Shown: positions 36,481 through 45,925 of the stretch, one piece after another
How the letters are laid out: every line of letters begins with the position of its first letter
How positions within the stretch are numbered: the stretch's first letter is position 1
NCBI GenBank assembly: GCA_049580385.1
Contig: JBAUPV010000020.1
Coordinates: forward strand, 13,366-77,365
DNA length: 64,000 bases
Direction: 5' to 3'
Origin: Desulfobaccales bacterium
GTDB taxonomy: Bacteria > Desulfobacterota > Desulfobaccia > Desulfobaccales > 0-14-0-80-60-11
Made by a program: the position numbers and the translations under genes
Notes under the pieces: model-generated
What the model saw: the letters and a program-made list of their open reading frames with translations, nothing else
Database searches by the model: none
Told to the model about the DNA's origin: nothing

Positions 36481-36551
36481 GGACCCAGGTGTCCGCCCTT
36501 TTCAAGGGCGCCGGGCAGGCAAGATGCCTGCCCCCACTAGGTGCGCACCTA
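36481..36551. repeat. Four consecutive hairpin palindromes in the clpB 5' leader
   Basis: GGAC-ccaggt-GTCC (36481-36494). GCCCTT-ttc-AAGGGC (36495-36509). GGGCAGGC-aagat-GCCTGCCC (36513-36533). TAGGTGC/GCACCTA (36538-36551). Confidence 0.85.
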
Positions 36552-36598
36552 CAATACCAGTTGCTTCCTGGAAGCTAACAGGAAGTAATCATTACTAA

Positions 36599-36626
36599 AT
36601 GATATGCATCGAATTTCGCCTGTCAA
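36599..36626 (-). promoter_or_regulatory. Sigma-70-type promoter candidate for clpB
   Basis: The reverse strand reads TTGACA (36621-36626), 16 nt, TATCAT (36599-36604), about 145 nt upstream of the start codon. Confidence 0.35.
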
Positions 36627-37026
36627 GGAAACCCACGGAGTACTTGGGAACAAGCGGCCAGCCCGGGGAAATGTATTTGACGGAATCAGCTTTTGAGATT
36701 AATATGAAATTGATATAAAAGATTTTAGTTATTATATGGTATTTCAAGTAATTATCTATATTCGCAAAAGTGCTTCCTTAATAATTTCTTATATCAGTTA
36801 GGCTAGGTGGCGCCTCGATAAGTGATTATTGCCTACTCCACCATCTTCTTTAACTCCTTCCCCCTTGAGGGGGGATGTTGGGGTGGGGGTGGCAAAATCC
36901 TTGGTTCTGGTAGCCGCAGGCTTTAGCCGGCGCTGGCCGCGGCAAGATCCGTTCCTCCTTTGGAACCGGCCCGGCTGGCCTAGAATCAAATCGATCATTC
37001 CCAAAAAGGGGTGGAACCCCGGTTTT

Positions 37027-37788
37027 ATGAAACTCATCGTCCTCATCCCGGCCCGCTACGGGTCCACCCGGTTTCCCGGCAAGCCCCTGGCGCCTATCTT
37101 GGGGAAGCCCCTGATTCAGCGGGTCTACGAGCAGGCCCGGCTTATTAAGGGGCTGGACGAACTCTGGGTGGCCACCGACGACCAACGCATCCGGGCCTGC
37201 GTGGAGGGCTTCGGGGGCCGGGCGCTGATGACCCGGGCCGGCCACCCCTCGGGCAGCGACCGCCTGGCCGAGGCGGCCCAGCTTCTCGGGTTGGCCCCGG
37301 CCGACCTGGTGGTCAACATCCAGGGGGACCAGCCGCTCTTTCCCCCGGAGCTCGTCGGCCAACTGGCCGCTCTTCTCAGGCGGGACCCGGAGGTGGTTAT
37401 GGCGACCCCGGCCCGCAAGTTCACCGACCCCAGGATTGCCGCGGACCCCAACGTGGTCAAGGTGGTCTTCGACCGCCGGGGCCGGGCCCTCTATTTCTCC
37501 CGCAGCCCGCTCCCCTGCTGGTTTCCGGTCTCATCTGCAAGGGACGCCGCCGCCGGCTATTTTTACCGGCACCTCGGCATCTATGCCTACCGGGTGGGTT
37601 TTCTTCAGGAGTTCGTGAAGCTCCCCCCGGGGCGCTGGGAGCAGGCGGAGAGACTGGAACAGCTCCGGGCCCTGGAGCATGGGTTTCCCATCCACATCGT
37701 GGAGACCGAAGGAGACACCCTGGAGGTGGACACCCCGGCGGACCTGGCCCGGGCCGAAGCGCATTTCGCTTTAGGTCTTAAGGATTGA
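37027..37788 (+). CDS. kdsB: 3-deoxy-manno-octulosonate cytidylyltransferase (CMP-KDO synthetase)
   Basis: MKLIVLIPARYGSTRFPGKPLAPILGKPLIQRVYE..., NIQGDQPL, YRHLGIYAYR. The upstream in-frame extension to 36829 runs through repeat-like sequence. Confidence 0.92.
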   Translation: MKLIVLIPARYGSTRFPGKPLAPILGKPLIQRVYEQARLIKGLDELWVATDDQRIRACVEGFGGRALMTRAGHPSGSDRLAEAAQLLGLAPADLVVNIQGDQPLFPPELVGQLAALLRRDPEVVMATPARKFTDPRIAADPNVVKVVFDRRGRALYFSRSPLPCWFPVSSARDAAAGYFYRHLGIYAYRVGFLQEFVKLPPGRWEQAERLEQLRALEHGFPIHIVETEGDTLEVDTPADLARAEAHFALGLKD

Positions 37789-37870
37789 GCCGGAGAGGCG
37801 CAGGGGGCTTCGCTGACCAGACGCAGATAGTCAAGTTGATGCATCAATCAGGATTAAAGGATGATTTGTC

Positions 37871-38413
37871 ATGATATTTTTTGAAGATCCCTTTTTCTGG
37901 GCTTTTATCAGCATGTCTGCATTAGTGGGAGCCTCTCAAGTAGTGAGCGGCAATAATCTGGGAAGGAACGCGTTATTCGGTTCGATCGTTGTGGCCGTCT
38001 TCGACTTGGGGCGATTTATCCTTGTCCTACCTTTTCTCCCTCAACCACATTTCGAGAGCGGGGGATGGCATTGGCTTGTCGGTGGCGTCATCGTTGCCCT
38101 TGGTTTGATATTCTGCATTCCGACCCTGGCGATAAAGCCATTCACCGGGCCAGATGAGAAAGTCGAACTCAAAACCACCGGCTTCTACCGTGTCGTTAGG
38201 AATCCAATCTATCTTGGCGAGGTTCTGTGGTGCCTGGGTTGGTCCATCATGTTTCGATCCGTTATAGGTGTTGCTCTTGTTCCGTTTTGGTGGGCCGGCC
38301 TTTTATGTCATACCATGATTGAAGAACAGACCCTGGAGCGTGAACTAGGCCGGCCGTATTTGGAATATAAGGAGAGGGTTCGAGGCCGCATCATCCCGGG
38401 ATTGCCGATCTAA
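37871..38413 (+). CDS. Isoprenylcysteine carboxyl methyltransferase (ICMT/PEMT)-family membrane methyltransferase
   Basis: Four or five hydrophobic segments. C-terminal signature GFYRVVRNPIYLGEVLWCLGW...EEQTLERELGRPYLEYKERV. Confidence 0.75.
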   Translation: MIFFEDPFFWAFISMSALVGASQVVSGNNLGRNALFGSIVVAVFDLGRFILVLPFLPQPHFESGGWHWLVGGVIVALGLIFCIPTLAIKPFTGPDEKVELKTTGFYRVVRNPIYLGEVLWCLGWSIMFRSVIGVALVPFWWAGLLCHTMIEEQTLERELGRPYLEYKERVRGRIIPGLPI

Positions 38414-38440
38414 GCGTGGCTGGCTGAGCACAGCAAGAAC

Positions 38441-39673
38441 TTATCTAGCCGGGTTGTCCGGGGAAGGGGCGGCGGCCGTCTGGGCTGCCGCGGCCGCGGG
38501 GGCCTTGGCGAACTTGCTGAATTTCTCGGCCAGATACGGGCTCAGCTGCCGGGCCGCGATGTCGGCAAAGACTTCGGCCCCGGCGTCGGAAAAATGCATC
38601 AGGTCGTAGTAATCCCGGGAACTCTTGGGCATCTCCCGGGCCTCATCGATCACCAGCAGGTGCTCTTCGGCCCCCACCCGGCGGGTCACGTCGTTGTAAA
38701 GCTCCAGGACCTGCCAACCCACCTCGCCGTTCATGCCGTTGGCCACCACGATCTTCCCCAGGTCCAGGCCGGTCACGTCGTCGATGGCCTTGCCATAGAC
38801 CACCGGCTGGGTGAGGAGCACCGGGAGGATGTGGTGATCCTCGGTGATCTTCAGGAGGCGCCGCAGCCGCGCCTCATAGGCCGGCACGTACTTTTCCGCA
38901 TGGGTCTTGAGAAGCGCCGCCTTTTGCGCCTCCGACACCTTAAGTTGCGGCAGGGTGGTCAGGTCCAGTTCCCCCATGTCCCGCTCCCCGATGGCCTGCA
39001 CTGATTTGGGGAAGGTATAACGATAGAGGTTCAAGAACATCGAGGCCACTTCGCTGCGGTAAGCCATGGCCGCCAGAAACTTGTCCAGGGAGCGGAAACT
39101 GATCTTGGTGCCCATGCGGGTATCGAACTCCCGGGGGCCGCTCACGCCCACTTCGTTGATGCCGATTAGAAAAACCGCCACCTTCGGCTGCAATTTGTCG
39201 ATAAAGTCGTGCATCAAAATGTAATGGCCGTAAGTCGATTGGCCGCAAAATCCGGCATTGTCGAGCCACAACTTGTTAAAGTCGCGCTGCAGATCGACCC
39301 CCAGCACGTGCGGCCAGGTCTTGTCTTCGGCGATTTCCAGACATTCGGTGGTGCTGCCGCCCACCGTCACCACGGTCAGCCAGTTGGCGAAATCCCGGGG
39401 AGGCTCCGGACCCTTAAAACCCAGGGAATTATTATGGTGCACTACCACGGCGCCGATCTTGGTGGGGTTATCGTGATATAGTATCTCGGTTTTATTAACC
39501 GGCAATATTATGTTGTCGCCTTTAATTCTAAATCCCAGGGGATTGTAGAACCGCAAGGAGACTTCACAGATACTCAACGCCACAAATAAACTGATAAATA
39601 TCAGGATTAAGTTTTTACCGAGATTCTTTAATTTGGACGGCCTGGTTGCCTGGGGCGCATTGTCTTGAGACAT
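38441..39673 (-). CDS. Membrane-anchored SGNH/GDSL-like hydrolase
   Basis: ATG 39673 gives MSQDNAPQATRPSKLKNLGKNLILIFISLFVALSICEV (TM anchor). VVTVGGSTTE (block I-like), NAGFCGQST (block II-like), FLIGINE (block III) and DLMHFSDAG (block V D-x-x-H). Confidence 0.65.
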   Translation of the reverse strand: MSQDNAPQATRPSKLKNLGKNLILIFISLFVALSICEVSLRFYNPLGFRIKGDNIILPVNKTEILYHDNPTKIGAVVVHHNNSLGFKGPEPPRDFANWLTVVTVGGSTTECLEIAEDKTWPHVLGVDLQRDFNKLWLDNAGFCGQSTYGHYILMHDFIDKLQPKVAVFLIGINEVGVSGPREFDTRMGTKISFRSLDKFLAAMAYRSEVASMFLNLYRYTFPKSVQAIGERDMGELDLTTLPQLKVSEAQKAALLKTHAEKYVPAYEARLRRLLKITEDHHILPVLLTQPVVYGKAIDDVTGLDLGKIVVANGMNGEVGWQVLELYNDVTRRVGAEEHLLVIDEAREMPKSSRDYYDLMHFSDAGAEVFADIAARQLSPYLAEKFSKFAKAPAAAAAQTAAAPSPDNPAR

Positions 39674-39922
39674 ATCTATCCTGGCTCCTGTTACCCTAAA
39701 TTTTCGCCAAATCAGCATCGGCTTGTCAACGAAAAAAAACCTTCCCTCTCGGGAGAGATCCTGGCGGGGGCGAACGGCCCAGGGCGAGCCGGCGAATTCC
39801 AGGCCGGAGAGACCGGCTCTCACTCCTTGCCAGCGGGGGCTGATTCGACTATAGTGCTAAAGGGGAGCAAGGGGCTTGCCGGGAGGGAGCCGGACGCCCG
39901 GGCCGCCAACTCCTTTCTTTAG

Positions 39923-39942
39923 GGCGGACTCACGGGTCCGCC
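39923..39942. repeat. REP-like hairpin
   Basis: GGCGGAC-tcacgg-GTCCGCC, followed by CCTACC as in other copies. Confidence 0.7.
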
Positions 39943-39961
39943 CCTACCCAGGCGCTCATCC

Positions 39962-40873
39962 ATGACGTGCTCAACCAGGCGCAAAATTTCGCCCGTGGTC
40001 ATCTCCACCGCCCTGGGCCGGGCGGGGCGGGGCATCTTTCCCTATACCCTGCTGCCGGGCTATCGCCGCCTCCTCCGGGTGGTAAGGGAAACTGGCGCCA
40101 CGGTCTTCACCAAGTCGGCCACCCGCTTCCCCAGGCGGGGCAATTTCGTCCCGGCCAATCCCCTCACCTGGAAATACCTCCGCCGGCTGCCGGAGATGGG
40201 CATGCTCAACGCCTACGGCCTCACCAACCTGGGGGCGGCGGCCTGTTCCCGGGATATCCGGCGCTCCTGCGAGGCCGGCATCCACGCCGTCCCCAACCTT
40301 TACCCCGAATTCAGCAAAGGGACGGAGATCGCCATCCGGGAAACCCTGGAGGCCCTGGAGGTTTACCGGGAGACCCTGGGCCCGCACTTTTGGGCCCTGG
40401 AACTCAATTTCTCCTGCCCCAACTCCCAGGAGGAGATCGCCCAAAACCTTGAGCAAAGCGTAACTTGCTGCCGTCAGGTTAGGGTGCGCTACCCGGACCT
40501 CTTTTTGATCGCCAAGATCAGCATCTGCCACCCCTACGAGTTTTCCCAGGAGTTGGAAAAAATCGGGGTGGCGGCCATCCACGCCATCAATACCATCCCC
40601 TATGAGATTATTTTTCCCCCGGATCGCTATCCCCCCTCCCCGCTCAGGGCCGTGGGCGGCGGCGGGGTCTCCGGCGGCCCGGCCTGGGCGGGGGCGTTTG
40701 CATACAACCGGGGGCTGCGTCCCAAGGTGGGCTGTTTTTTGATCATGGGCTGCGGGGTTAGCCGCCGCCAGGACGTGCAACGCTACTTCGAGATCGGCGC
40801 CGACGCCGTCAGCCTGTGCACCCTGGCCCTGCGGGATTGGCGGGAGGCAGCCGACATTATCCGGTCTTATTAA
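39962..40873 (+). CDS. Dihydroorotate-dehydrogenase-family (class 1-like TIM barrel) protein
   Basis: TKSATRFPRRGNFVP...MLNAYGLTNLG, LELNFSCPN, AINTIP, GGGVSGGP, MGCGVS. This is the family pattern of DHOD/DPD-like flavoenzymes; the substrate is unknown. Confidence 0.75.
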   Translation: MTCSTRRKISPVVISTALGRAGRGIFPYTLLPGYRRLLRVVRETGATVFTKSATRFPRRGNFVPANPLTWKYLRRLPEMGMLNAYGLTNLGAAACSRDIRRSCEAGIHAVPNLYPEFSKGTEIAIRETLEALEVYRETLGPHFWALELNFSCPNSQEEIAQNLEQSVTCCRQVRVRYPDLFLIAKISICHPYEFSQELEKIGVAAIHAINTIPYEIIFPPDRYPPSPLRAVGGGGVSGGPAWAGAFAYNRGLRPKVGCFLIMGCGVSRRQDVQRYFEIGADAVSLCTLALRDWREAADIIRSY

Positions 40874-40915
40874 CGGGCCGTTGAAAAACTTTTCAAAAAG
40901 ATGAGTTCGTGTAGG

Positions 40916-40966
40916 GGCGACTCGATGAGTCGCCAGGGCGACTTGACCACAGGCTGGAAGCCTGTG
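40916..40966. repeat. Two REP-like hairpins
   Basis: GGCGACTC-gat-GAGTCGCC (40916-40934) and CACAGGC-tggaa-GCCTGTG (40948-40966). Confidence 0.85.
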
Positions 40967-41073
40967 CCACTGTCCCCCCTGCGCCTCAACACCCGCTCGT
41001 TTTTAATAGCCTGTTAAAGAAGAATCGCAGGCTGGCGTCAATAAAGGATGGGTTCTCACGGGGTCATGGAGCG

Positions 41074-41901
41074 ATGTCCCTTGAGGCGATAGCCCGGCGG
41101 GCGATACGAGGCGGCCAGGAATTCCTGCTGGCGCCGATGGAGAGCCTGCGGGCTTGGGCGGCGGCCCAGGGGCTCTCCCTGCGCCAGGCCATCGAAGCGG
41201 CCCTGGCGGCGGGCATCTTCCCCGAGGCCCTGGAGCGCAATTTTCCCAGCCTGACCGCGGAGGCCCAGCTCACCTTATGGCGGGGCAGCGCCCTGGTGGC
41301 GGGGCTGGGTGGCCTGGGGGGCTGCCAGGCCATGCTTCTGGCCAGGGCCGGGGTGGGCCGCCTCTTGCTGGCGGACGGCGACGCCTTCACCCCCTCCAAC
41401 CTCAACCGCCAGTTGCTGGCCACCGCCCTCACCCTGGGGCAGAACAAGGCCCTGGTCACCGCCCGCCATCTCCGGGAGGTTAACGAGGGCCTCCTCATTG
41501 AGGCCATCCCGGAGTTTCTGGATCGGGAGCGCCTGCGGCGGGTTCTGCCCGGAGTGCAGGTGCTGCTGGACGCCCTGGATACCCTGGGGGCCCGGCGGGA
41601 CCTGATCGCCGCGGCCCAAGAGGCCGGGGTGCCGGTGGTGTACGGCGCGGTGAGCGGCGTCTTTGGCCAGGTGGCCACCCTCATGCCCCAGGACCGCGGC
41701 GGGTTCGACTTTCAGCCGCTCCTTAACGCCCCGGGGCCGGAGACCGTCCCCGGGGTGCTGGCCCCCACCGTCACCCTGACCGCCAGCCTCCAGGCCCTGG
41801 AGGCCATCCGCCTGCTGCTGGGAAAAGAGCCCAACTACCGGGGCCGGCTGGCCCACTTCGACGGCGCCACCGGCCGCCTGGAGATCTTGCCGCTGGGCTG
41901 A
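41074..41901 (+). CDS. ThiF/MoeB/HesA-family E1-like adenylyltransferase
   Basis: Nucleotide-binding loop LVAGLGGLGGCQAMLLARAGVGRLLLADGDAFTPSNLNRQLL. Confidence 0.85.
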   Translation: MSLEAIARRAIRGGQEFLLAPMESLRAWAAAQGLSLRQAIEAALAAGIFPEALERNFPSLTAEAQLTLWRGSALVAGLGGLGGCQAMLLARAGVGRLLLADGDAFTPSNLNRQLLATALTLGQNKALVTARHLREVNEGLLIEAIPEFLDRERLRRVLPGVQVLLDALDTLGARRDLIAAAQEAGVPVVYGAVSGVFGQVATLMPQDRGGFDFQPLLNAPGPETVPGVLAPTVTLTASLQALEAIRLLLGKEPNYRGRLAHFDGATGRLEILPLG

Positions 41902-41924
41902 TGGTCTTGGGGAGAGGGATAGTG

Positions 41925-41945
41925 GCACCGGCTTCCAGCCGGTGC
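41925..41945. repeat. REP-like hairpin, identical 21-mer to 33788-33808
   Basis: GCACCGGCTTCCAGCCGGTGC. Confidence 0.9.
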
Positions 41946-41989
41946 TGGCGCCGCCCCCGGCCTGGACCATCCTTTGGGGCGATATTCTT

Positions 41990-42229
41990 TCAGCCGCCGC
42001 CGATGGGCGGAAACAGGCCCAGGCGTTCGTTCCCCTCCAAGACAAAATCCGCCTCCCGCCGGCGGCCGTCCACCATGATCAGGGTGACTTCCGGGGCGGG
42101 CAGGCCCAGCCGGGCGATCACCAACGCCACCGTGGCGCCCGCCGGGACTTCCAAGGAAATTCCGTTATACGGATCGTAGCCGGAAACATATTGCCGCAGG
42201 GTGGCGTTGAGGAAGATTTTCAGGGGCAT
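41990..42229 (-). CDS. MoaD/ThiS-family ubiquitin-like sulfur carrier (C-terminal Gly-Gly)
   Basis: 79 aa, MPLKIFLNATLRQYV...LEGNERLGLFPPIGGG*. Lies directly downstream of the AOR-family gene. Confidence 0.8.
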   Translation of the reverse strand: MPLKIFLNATLRQYVSGYDPYNGISLEVPAGATVALVIARLGLPAPEVTLIMVDGRRREADFVLEGNERLGLFPPIGGG

Positions 42230-42328
42230 GTTTATCGGCGCGTTCGCCCTTGGCAGCCGGGACCTGAACCCACGCGGTCAAGGCCCTTGACACTGGTTGG
42301 GACTGGGTTTGGGGGAGGCCAGGGCTTC

Positions 42329-42347
42329 CACAGGCGAGACGCCTGTG
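42329..42347. repeat. REP-like hairpin
   Basis: CACAGGC-gagac-GCCTGTG; same stem as 40948-40966 with a different loop. Confidence 0.85.
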
Positions 42348-42377
42348 CTACCGGCCCTGCCTCCCCCCACCATCTTT

Positions 42378-43838
42378 CTACAAATTTGCCAGCACCTGGG
42401 CGATTTCCTCGTCGGTGAAGTCCCAGGTGACGTTGTGCGGGTTCAGGTTTTCTTCAAGAAAACCCGGCAGGCGGTCCTGGGCCCGGGTGAAGAGCGCCTC
42501 CCGGTTGAAGCTCTTCTCGTCGTGGAGGACCTGCCGGCCCAGGGCGGTCACGTCGGCGGTGGTGAGGCTCAGGCCGTAGCGGGCATTGATCAGGTCCACG
42601 AGGCACTGCAGGGCCTCGGGGTGGTCCAGCACCGGGAAGGCCACGAACTGGCAGAGGCCGGAGGCGTCAATGGCCGCGGTGGCGACCTGGGGGTTCCGGG
42701 AGAGTTCGATGTTGCCTTCCTTTTCTAAGGATTCGGCGCCGGCGCCGCACTTCAGGATATTAGCGGCCGCCGCGTAGCCTGCGGTGTGGTCGCCACCCAT
42801 GGGGCTGGTGGCGTCAGTGAGGCCCACCCCCTTTTCGGGCCGAAGTTCACAGGCGGGCAGGGGCTGGCCCTTTACCGCCGGGACCCGCTCCAGCCCCAGG
42901 GCCTGGCCGGTGAAGACCGAGCCGTTGCCGATGATCAAACCCCAGGGGTCGCTTTTGCCCACCTTTTTCAGCATCTTGATGGCCGCGGACCCCGAGCCCC
43001 GGGGGATGACCCCCCCTTCCATCAGCACACCCAGGGTAACGCCCATTTCGATGGGGTCCAGGCCGAGGTCATCGCAGAGGCGGTCCAGTTGGGCAATTTC
43101 ATCCGGGTGGCGGATCAGGGTATTGGCCCCCAGGGCTCCGATGGTCTCGAAGTCGCAGCCGGGGGTGAGGTATTTGCCCTTGGAGCGGGCGGCGGCCTTG
43201 AATCCCTCCGGGTCAGCCAGGGGAACGCGAGCCGGTGCGCCCTTATCGTCCACCACCAGGGCCTTGAGCTTCTTGGACCCCATCAAGGCCCCCAGGCCGC
43301 CCCGGCCTGCCGCCCGGGCGGGACGGCCGGCGGGATCGCTGACCTGGATACTGGCCGCGGTCAGGCTTTTCTCCCCGGCCGGGCCGATGCTCAATACCCC
43401 CACTCCCCGGCCGAAGCGCTTCCAGAGCAGGGCCATAGTCCGGGAGTTTCCCAGGCCCTCGTATTCGGAAGCAGGGAAGAATTCCACTCCCTCCGGGGAA
43501 ATCTTCACCAGGCAGCAGCCATCAGCCTGCCGGGGTTTGCCCTCCAGCACCACCGCCTTGATGTCCAGGCGGGCCAGCTTTTGGGAAACGGTCCCCCCGA
43601 CGTTGCTCTCCTGGATGGCGCCGGTGAGGGGAGATTTGCCGCCCACTGACAGGCGCCCGGAGTTGGCCGCAAAGGTGCCGGCGAGCAGCCCCGGGGCCAG
43701 CACCAGCTTGTTGGCGGCGCTCAGGGGGTGACAGGTAGGGTCCACTTCCTCCCGGATGAGGCGGGAAGTGAGGGCCCGCCCCCCCAAACCGGCGTAGGCC
43801 GGGGGAACCTCCTGCCAGTGGTAACTCTGGCGGGCCAT
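42378..43838 (-). CDS. Aldehyde:ferredoxin oxidoreductase (AOR) family protein, atypically short and lacking the CxxCxxxC motif
   Basis: AOR N-domain pattern (ILRLDMARQS..GLGGRALTSRLI...NKLVLAPGLLAGT...SGRLSVGGKSPLTG). C-domain patterns (FETIGALGAN, CDDLGLDPIEMG, PMGGDHTAGY, DASGLCQF). The start is uncertain: ATG 43838 cuts the conserved ILR(L/V)D strand, so a non-ATG start a few codons upstream is likely. Confidence 0.8.
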   Translation of the reverse strand: MARQSYHWQEVPPAYAGLGGRALTSRLIREEVDPTCHPLSAANKLVLAPGLLAGTFAANSGRLSVGGKSPLTGAIQESNVGGTVSQKLARLDIKAVVLEGKPRQADGCCLVKISPEGVEFFPASEYEGLGNSRTMALLWKRFGRGVGVLSIGPAGEKSLTAASIQVSDPAGRPARAAGRGGLGALMGSKKLKALVVDDKGAPARVPLADPEGFKAAARSKGKYLTPGCDFETIGALGANTLIRHPDEIAQLDRLCDDLGLDPIEMGVTLGVLMEGGVIPRGSGSAAIKMLKKVGKSDPWGLIIGNGSVFTGQALGLERVPAVKGQPLPACELRPEKGVGLTDATSPMGGDHTAGYAAAANILKCGAGAESLEKEGNIELSRNPQVATAAIDASGLCQFVAFPVLDHPEALQCLVDLINARYGLSLTTADVTALGRQVLHDEKSFNREALFTRAQDRLPGFLEENLNPHNVTWDFTDEEIAQVLANL

Positions 43839-44181
43839 GTCGAGGCGCAAAATCCTGGCTATGGCTGATCTCCTCGGCAAAAATACCAAAAATTCCGGGA
43901 ATGGGCCTTTGCTCCCGGCGAAGGAGGTTGACCAGGGAGTAACCAAATGTTAAGGCGTCATCGCCGAGAAGGCAAGGACCGGGCCGGCAGGAATTTCTCC
44001 GGGCCGCGGGGTCGAGCCAAGCGGCTTTCCCTTGAAAGTTCATATGATTAAGTTATAATTACCGGGCAACTGTCCAGCTAGCTGAGGAGTCAGGGCCGAC
44101 GCAGTCAGGACCGAGGCGCCCCTTAGGGTCGGGGAGCGCACTGAGGAATTGCGGGACACGGTAGCTCCACTGGATGAAGCA

Positions 44182-45498
44182 ATGAGCGATCGACAAGAAG
44201 CCGAGCAGAAGGCAGCCGCCCTGGGAAGGCTTTACCGTTTATTGACCCGGGTGTATGAAACCATTGTGCACGCCCAGGACCAGGAAAGTCTTTTCCGGCA
44301 GGCCTGCCGGATCATGATGGAGGAGGGCGACTTCCGGCTGTGCTGGATCGGCAGGGTCGATTGGGAAGCCGGGCTGGTCCGGGCGGCGGCGCAATTCGAC
44401 CTCCTGGACGATTATCCGCAAAATATTACTATTTCCCTGGGAGATGTCCCGGAGGGCAAGGGACCGACCGGGGTGGCGGTGCGCCAGGGGCGCTGGGATG
44501 TTTGCCTCGATATTGCCGCTGACCCCCGCATGGCCCCTTGGAGGAAAGAGGCCCTGGCGCGGGGTTTCAAGTCCTCCGCCGCTTTTCCCTTGTTTGTGGG
44601 CGGAAAGGTCGAAGGAGTCCTGACCCTCTATTCCGGGCAGAAGAGTTTCTTCAACACGGAAGAGATCTCGGCGCTTAACTCCCTGGCCCAGGAGCTCTCC
44701 TTCGCCATGGTATCACTGGACCGGGAAGCCAGACGCCGGCTGGCGGAAGCAGAGATCCACCGCCTTAACGAAGAACTGGAACAAAGGGTCAAGGAGCGCA
44801 CCGCGCAGTTGGAGTTCGCCAACCGGGAGCTGGAAGCCTTCAGTTATTCAGTATCCCATGACCTCAAGGCCCCCATCCGGGCCATCCAGGGCTTCTCCCG
44901 GATGCTGGCGAGCGAGCATGCCTCCCGGCTGGATGCAGAAGGTCTGAGGCTGCTCGACGTGATCGTCGCCAATACCCAGATGATGGGCAACCTGATCAAT
45001 GACCTGTTGGCCCTGTCGCGGCTGGAGCGGCAGCAGCTAAGCAAGTCCGTCGTCGATATGGAGGCTGTCAGTAAACGGGTCTTCGAGCAACTCCGGGCCG
45101 AAGCGCCGGACCGGGATTTGCAATTAATTGTGGCGGACCCACCCCCGGCCTTCGGCGACCCCAAACTGCTCACTCAGGTGATGATGAATCTCCTGTCCAA
45201 TGCCAGCAAATACACCAGGACCAGAGAGGGCGCAGTCATTGAAGTGGGCGGGCGGGTGGCGGACCAGGAATCCGTCCACTACGTCAAGGACAACGGAGTC
45301 GGGTTTGATGAACGCTATGCCGAAAACCTGTTCGGCGTCTTCCAGCGTCTGCACGGGCGGGGGGAATACGAAGGCAGCGGGGTCGGCCTGGCCATCGTCA
45401 AGCGTCTGGTGCTAAGGCACGGCGGCCGGGTGTGGGCCGCCGGGAAGGTGAACGAGGGCGCCACCTTCTACTTTGCCTTGCCTAAGGAGTGCAGGTGA
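44182..45498 (+). CDS. Cytoplasmic GAF-domain sensor histidine kinase (HisKA + HATPase)
   Basis: GAF-like N-terminal half. H-box FSYSVSHDLKAPIRAIQGFSRML. N box NLLSNASKYT. G boxes DNGVGF and GSGVGLAIVKRLV. No TM segments. Confidence 0.88.
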   Translation: MSDRQEAEQKAAALGRLYRLLTRVYETIVHAQDQESLFRQACRIMMEEGDFRLCWIGRVDWEAGLVRAAAQFDLLDDYPQNITISLGDVPEGKGPTGVAVRQGRWDVCLDIAADPRMAPWRKEALARGFKSSAAFPLFVGGKVEGVLTLYSGQKSFFNTEEISALNSLAQELSFAMVSLDREARRRLAEAEIHRLNEELEQRVKERTAQLEFANRELEAFSYSVSHDLKAPIRAIQGFSRMLASEHASRLDAEGLRLLDVIVANTQMMGNLINDLLALSRLERQQLSKSVVDMEAVSKRVFEQLRAEAPDRDLQLIVADPPPAFGDPKLLTQVMMNLLSNASKYTRTREGAVIEVGGRVADQESVHYVKDNGVGFDERYAENLFGVFQRLHGRGEYEGSGVGLAIVKRLVLRHGGRVWAAGKVNEGATFYFALPKECR

Positions 45499-45925
45499 TG
45501 GCCGGATGGTTCCAGGGGATTGGGGGCCGGCCTGGCCGCTTCGAGAGGGCTGAGGCCGTCTATTTTCGAGTTTTAAGGCTTTTCCCCAGGCCCTGAGAGA
45601 ACCCCTCGATTCCCTCGGTTTCCCTACTTGGCCGGCCCCGCCAGCGCTCAGTTGGCCGAAATGGCCAATACCCCGGTTATCCCTATCTCAAAGACCTCTC
45701 GCATCCTAAGCTATGCAAAGCCAATGAAGTTTCGTCCCAGTCCCGGCGACTAGTCCCGGGTCCGGAAGACGTCTAGCAATTCGCGCCGAAATCTGTCTAA
45801 TGAATAAAAAAGGAAGATGTGCCTGGTTCGGACCAGGGCAACTGATTAAGGTAATTAAAAAAGGAGGCCGGCCGCAAATTTGCAGCCGCCCCAGAGAAAG
45901 ATCCCCAAAACCAAAGGAGCCGTTT

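Noticed and set aside
36829-37026. N-terminal 66-codon extension of kdsB, and likewise the 3781 extension of the SH3 lipoprotein, the 8619 extension of the response regulator and the 59558 extension of the ModE-like gene.
   Set aside because: The extensions run through repeat-like or upstream-gene sequence. Internal starts reproduce the canonical family N-termini and have better RBS or coupling geometry.
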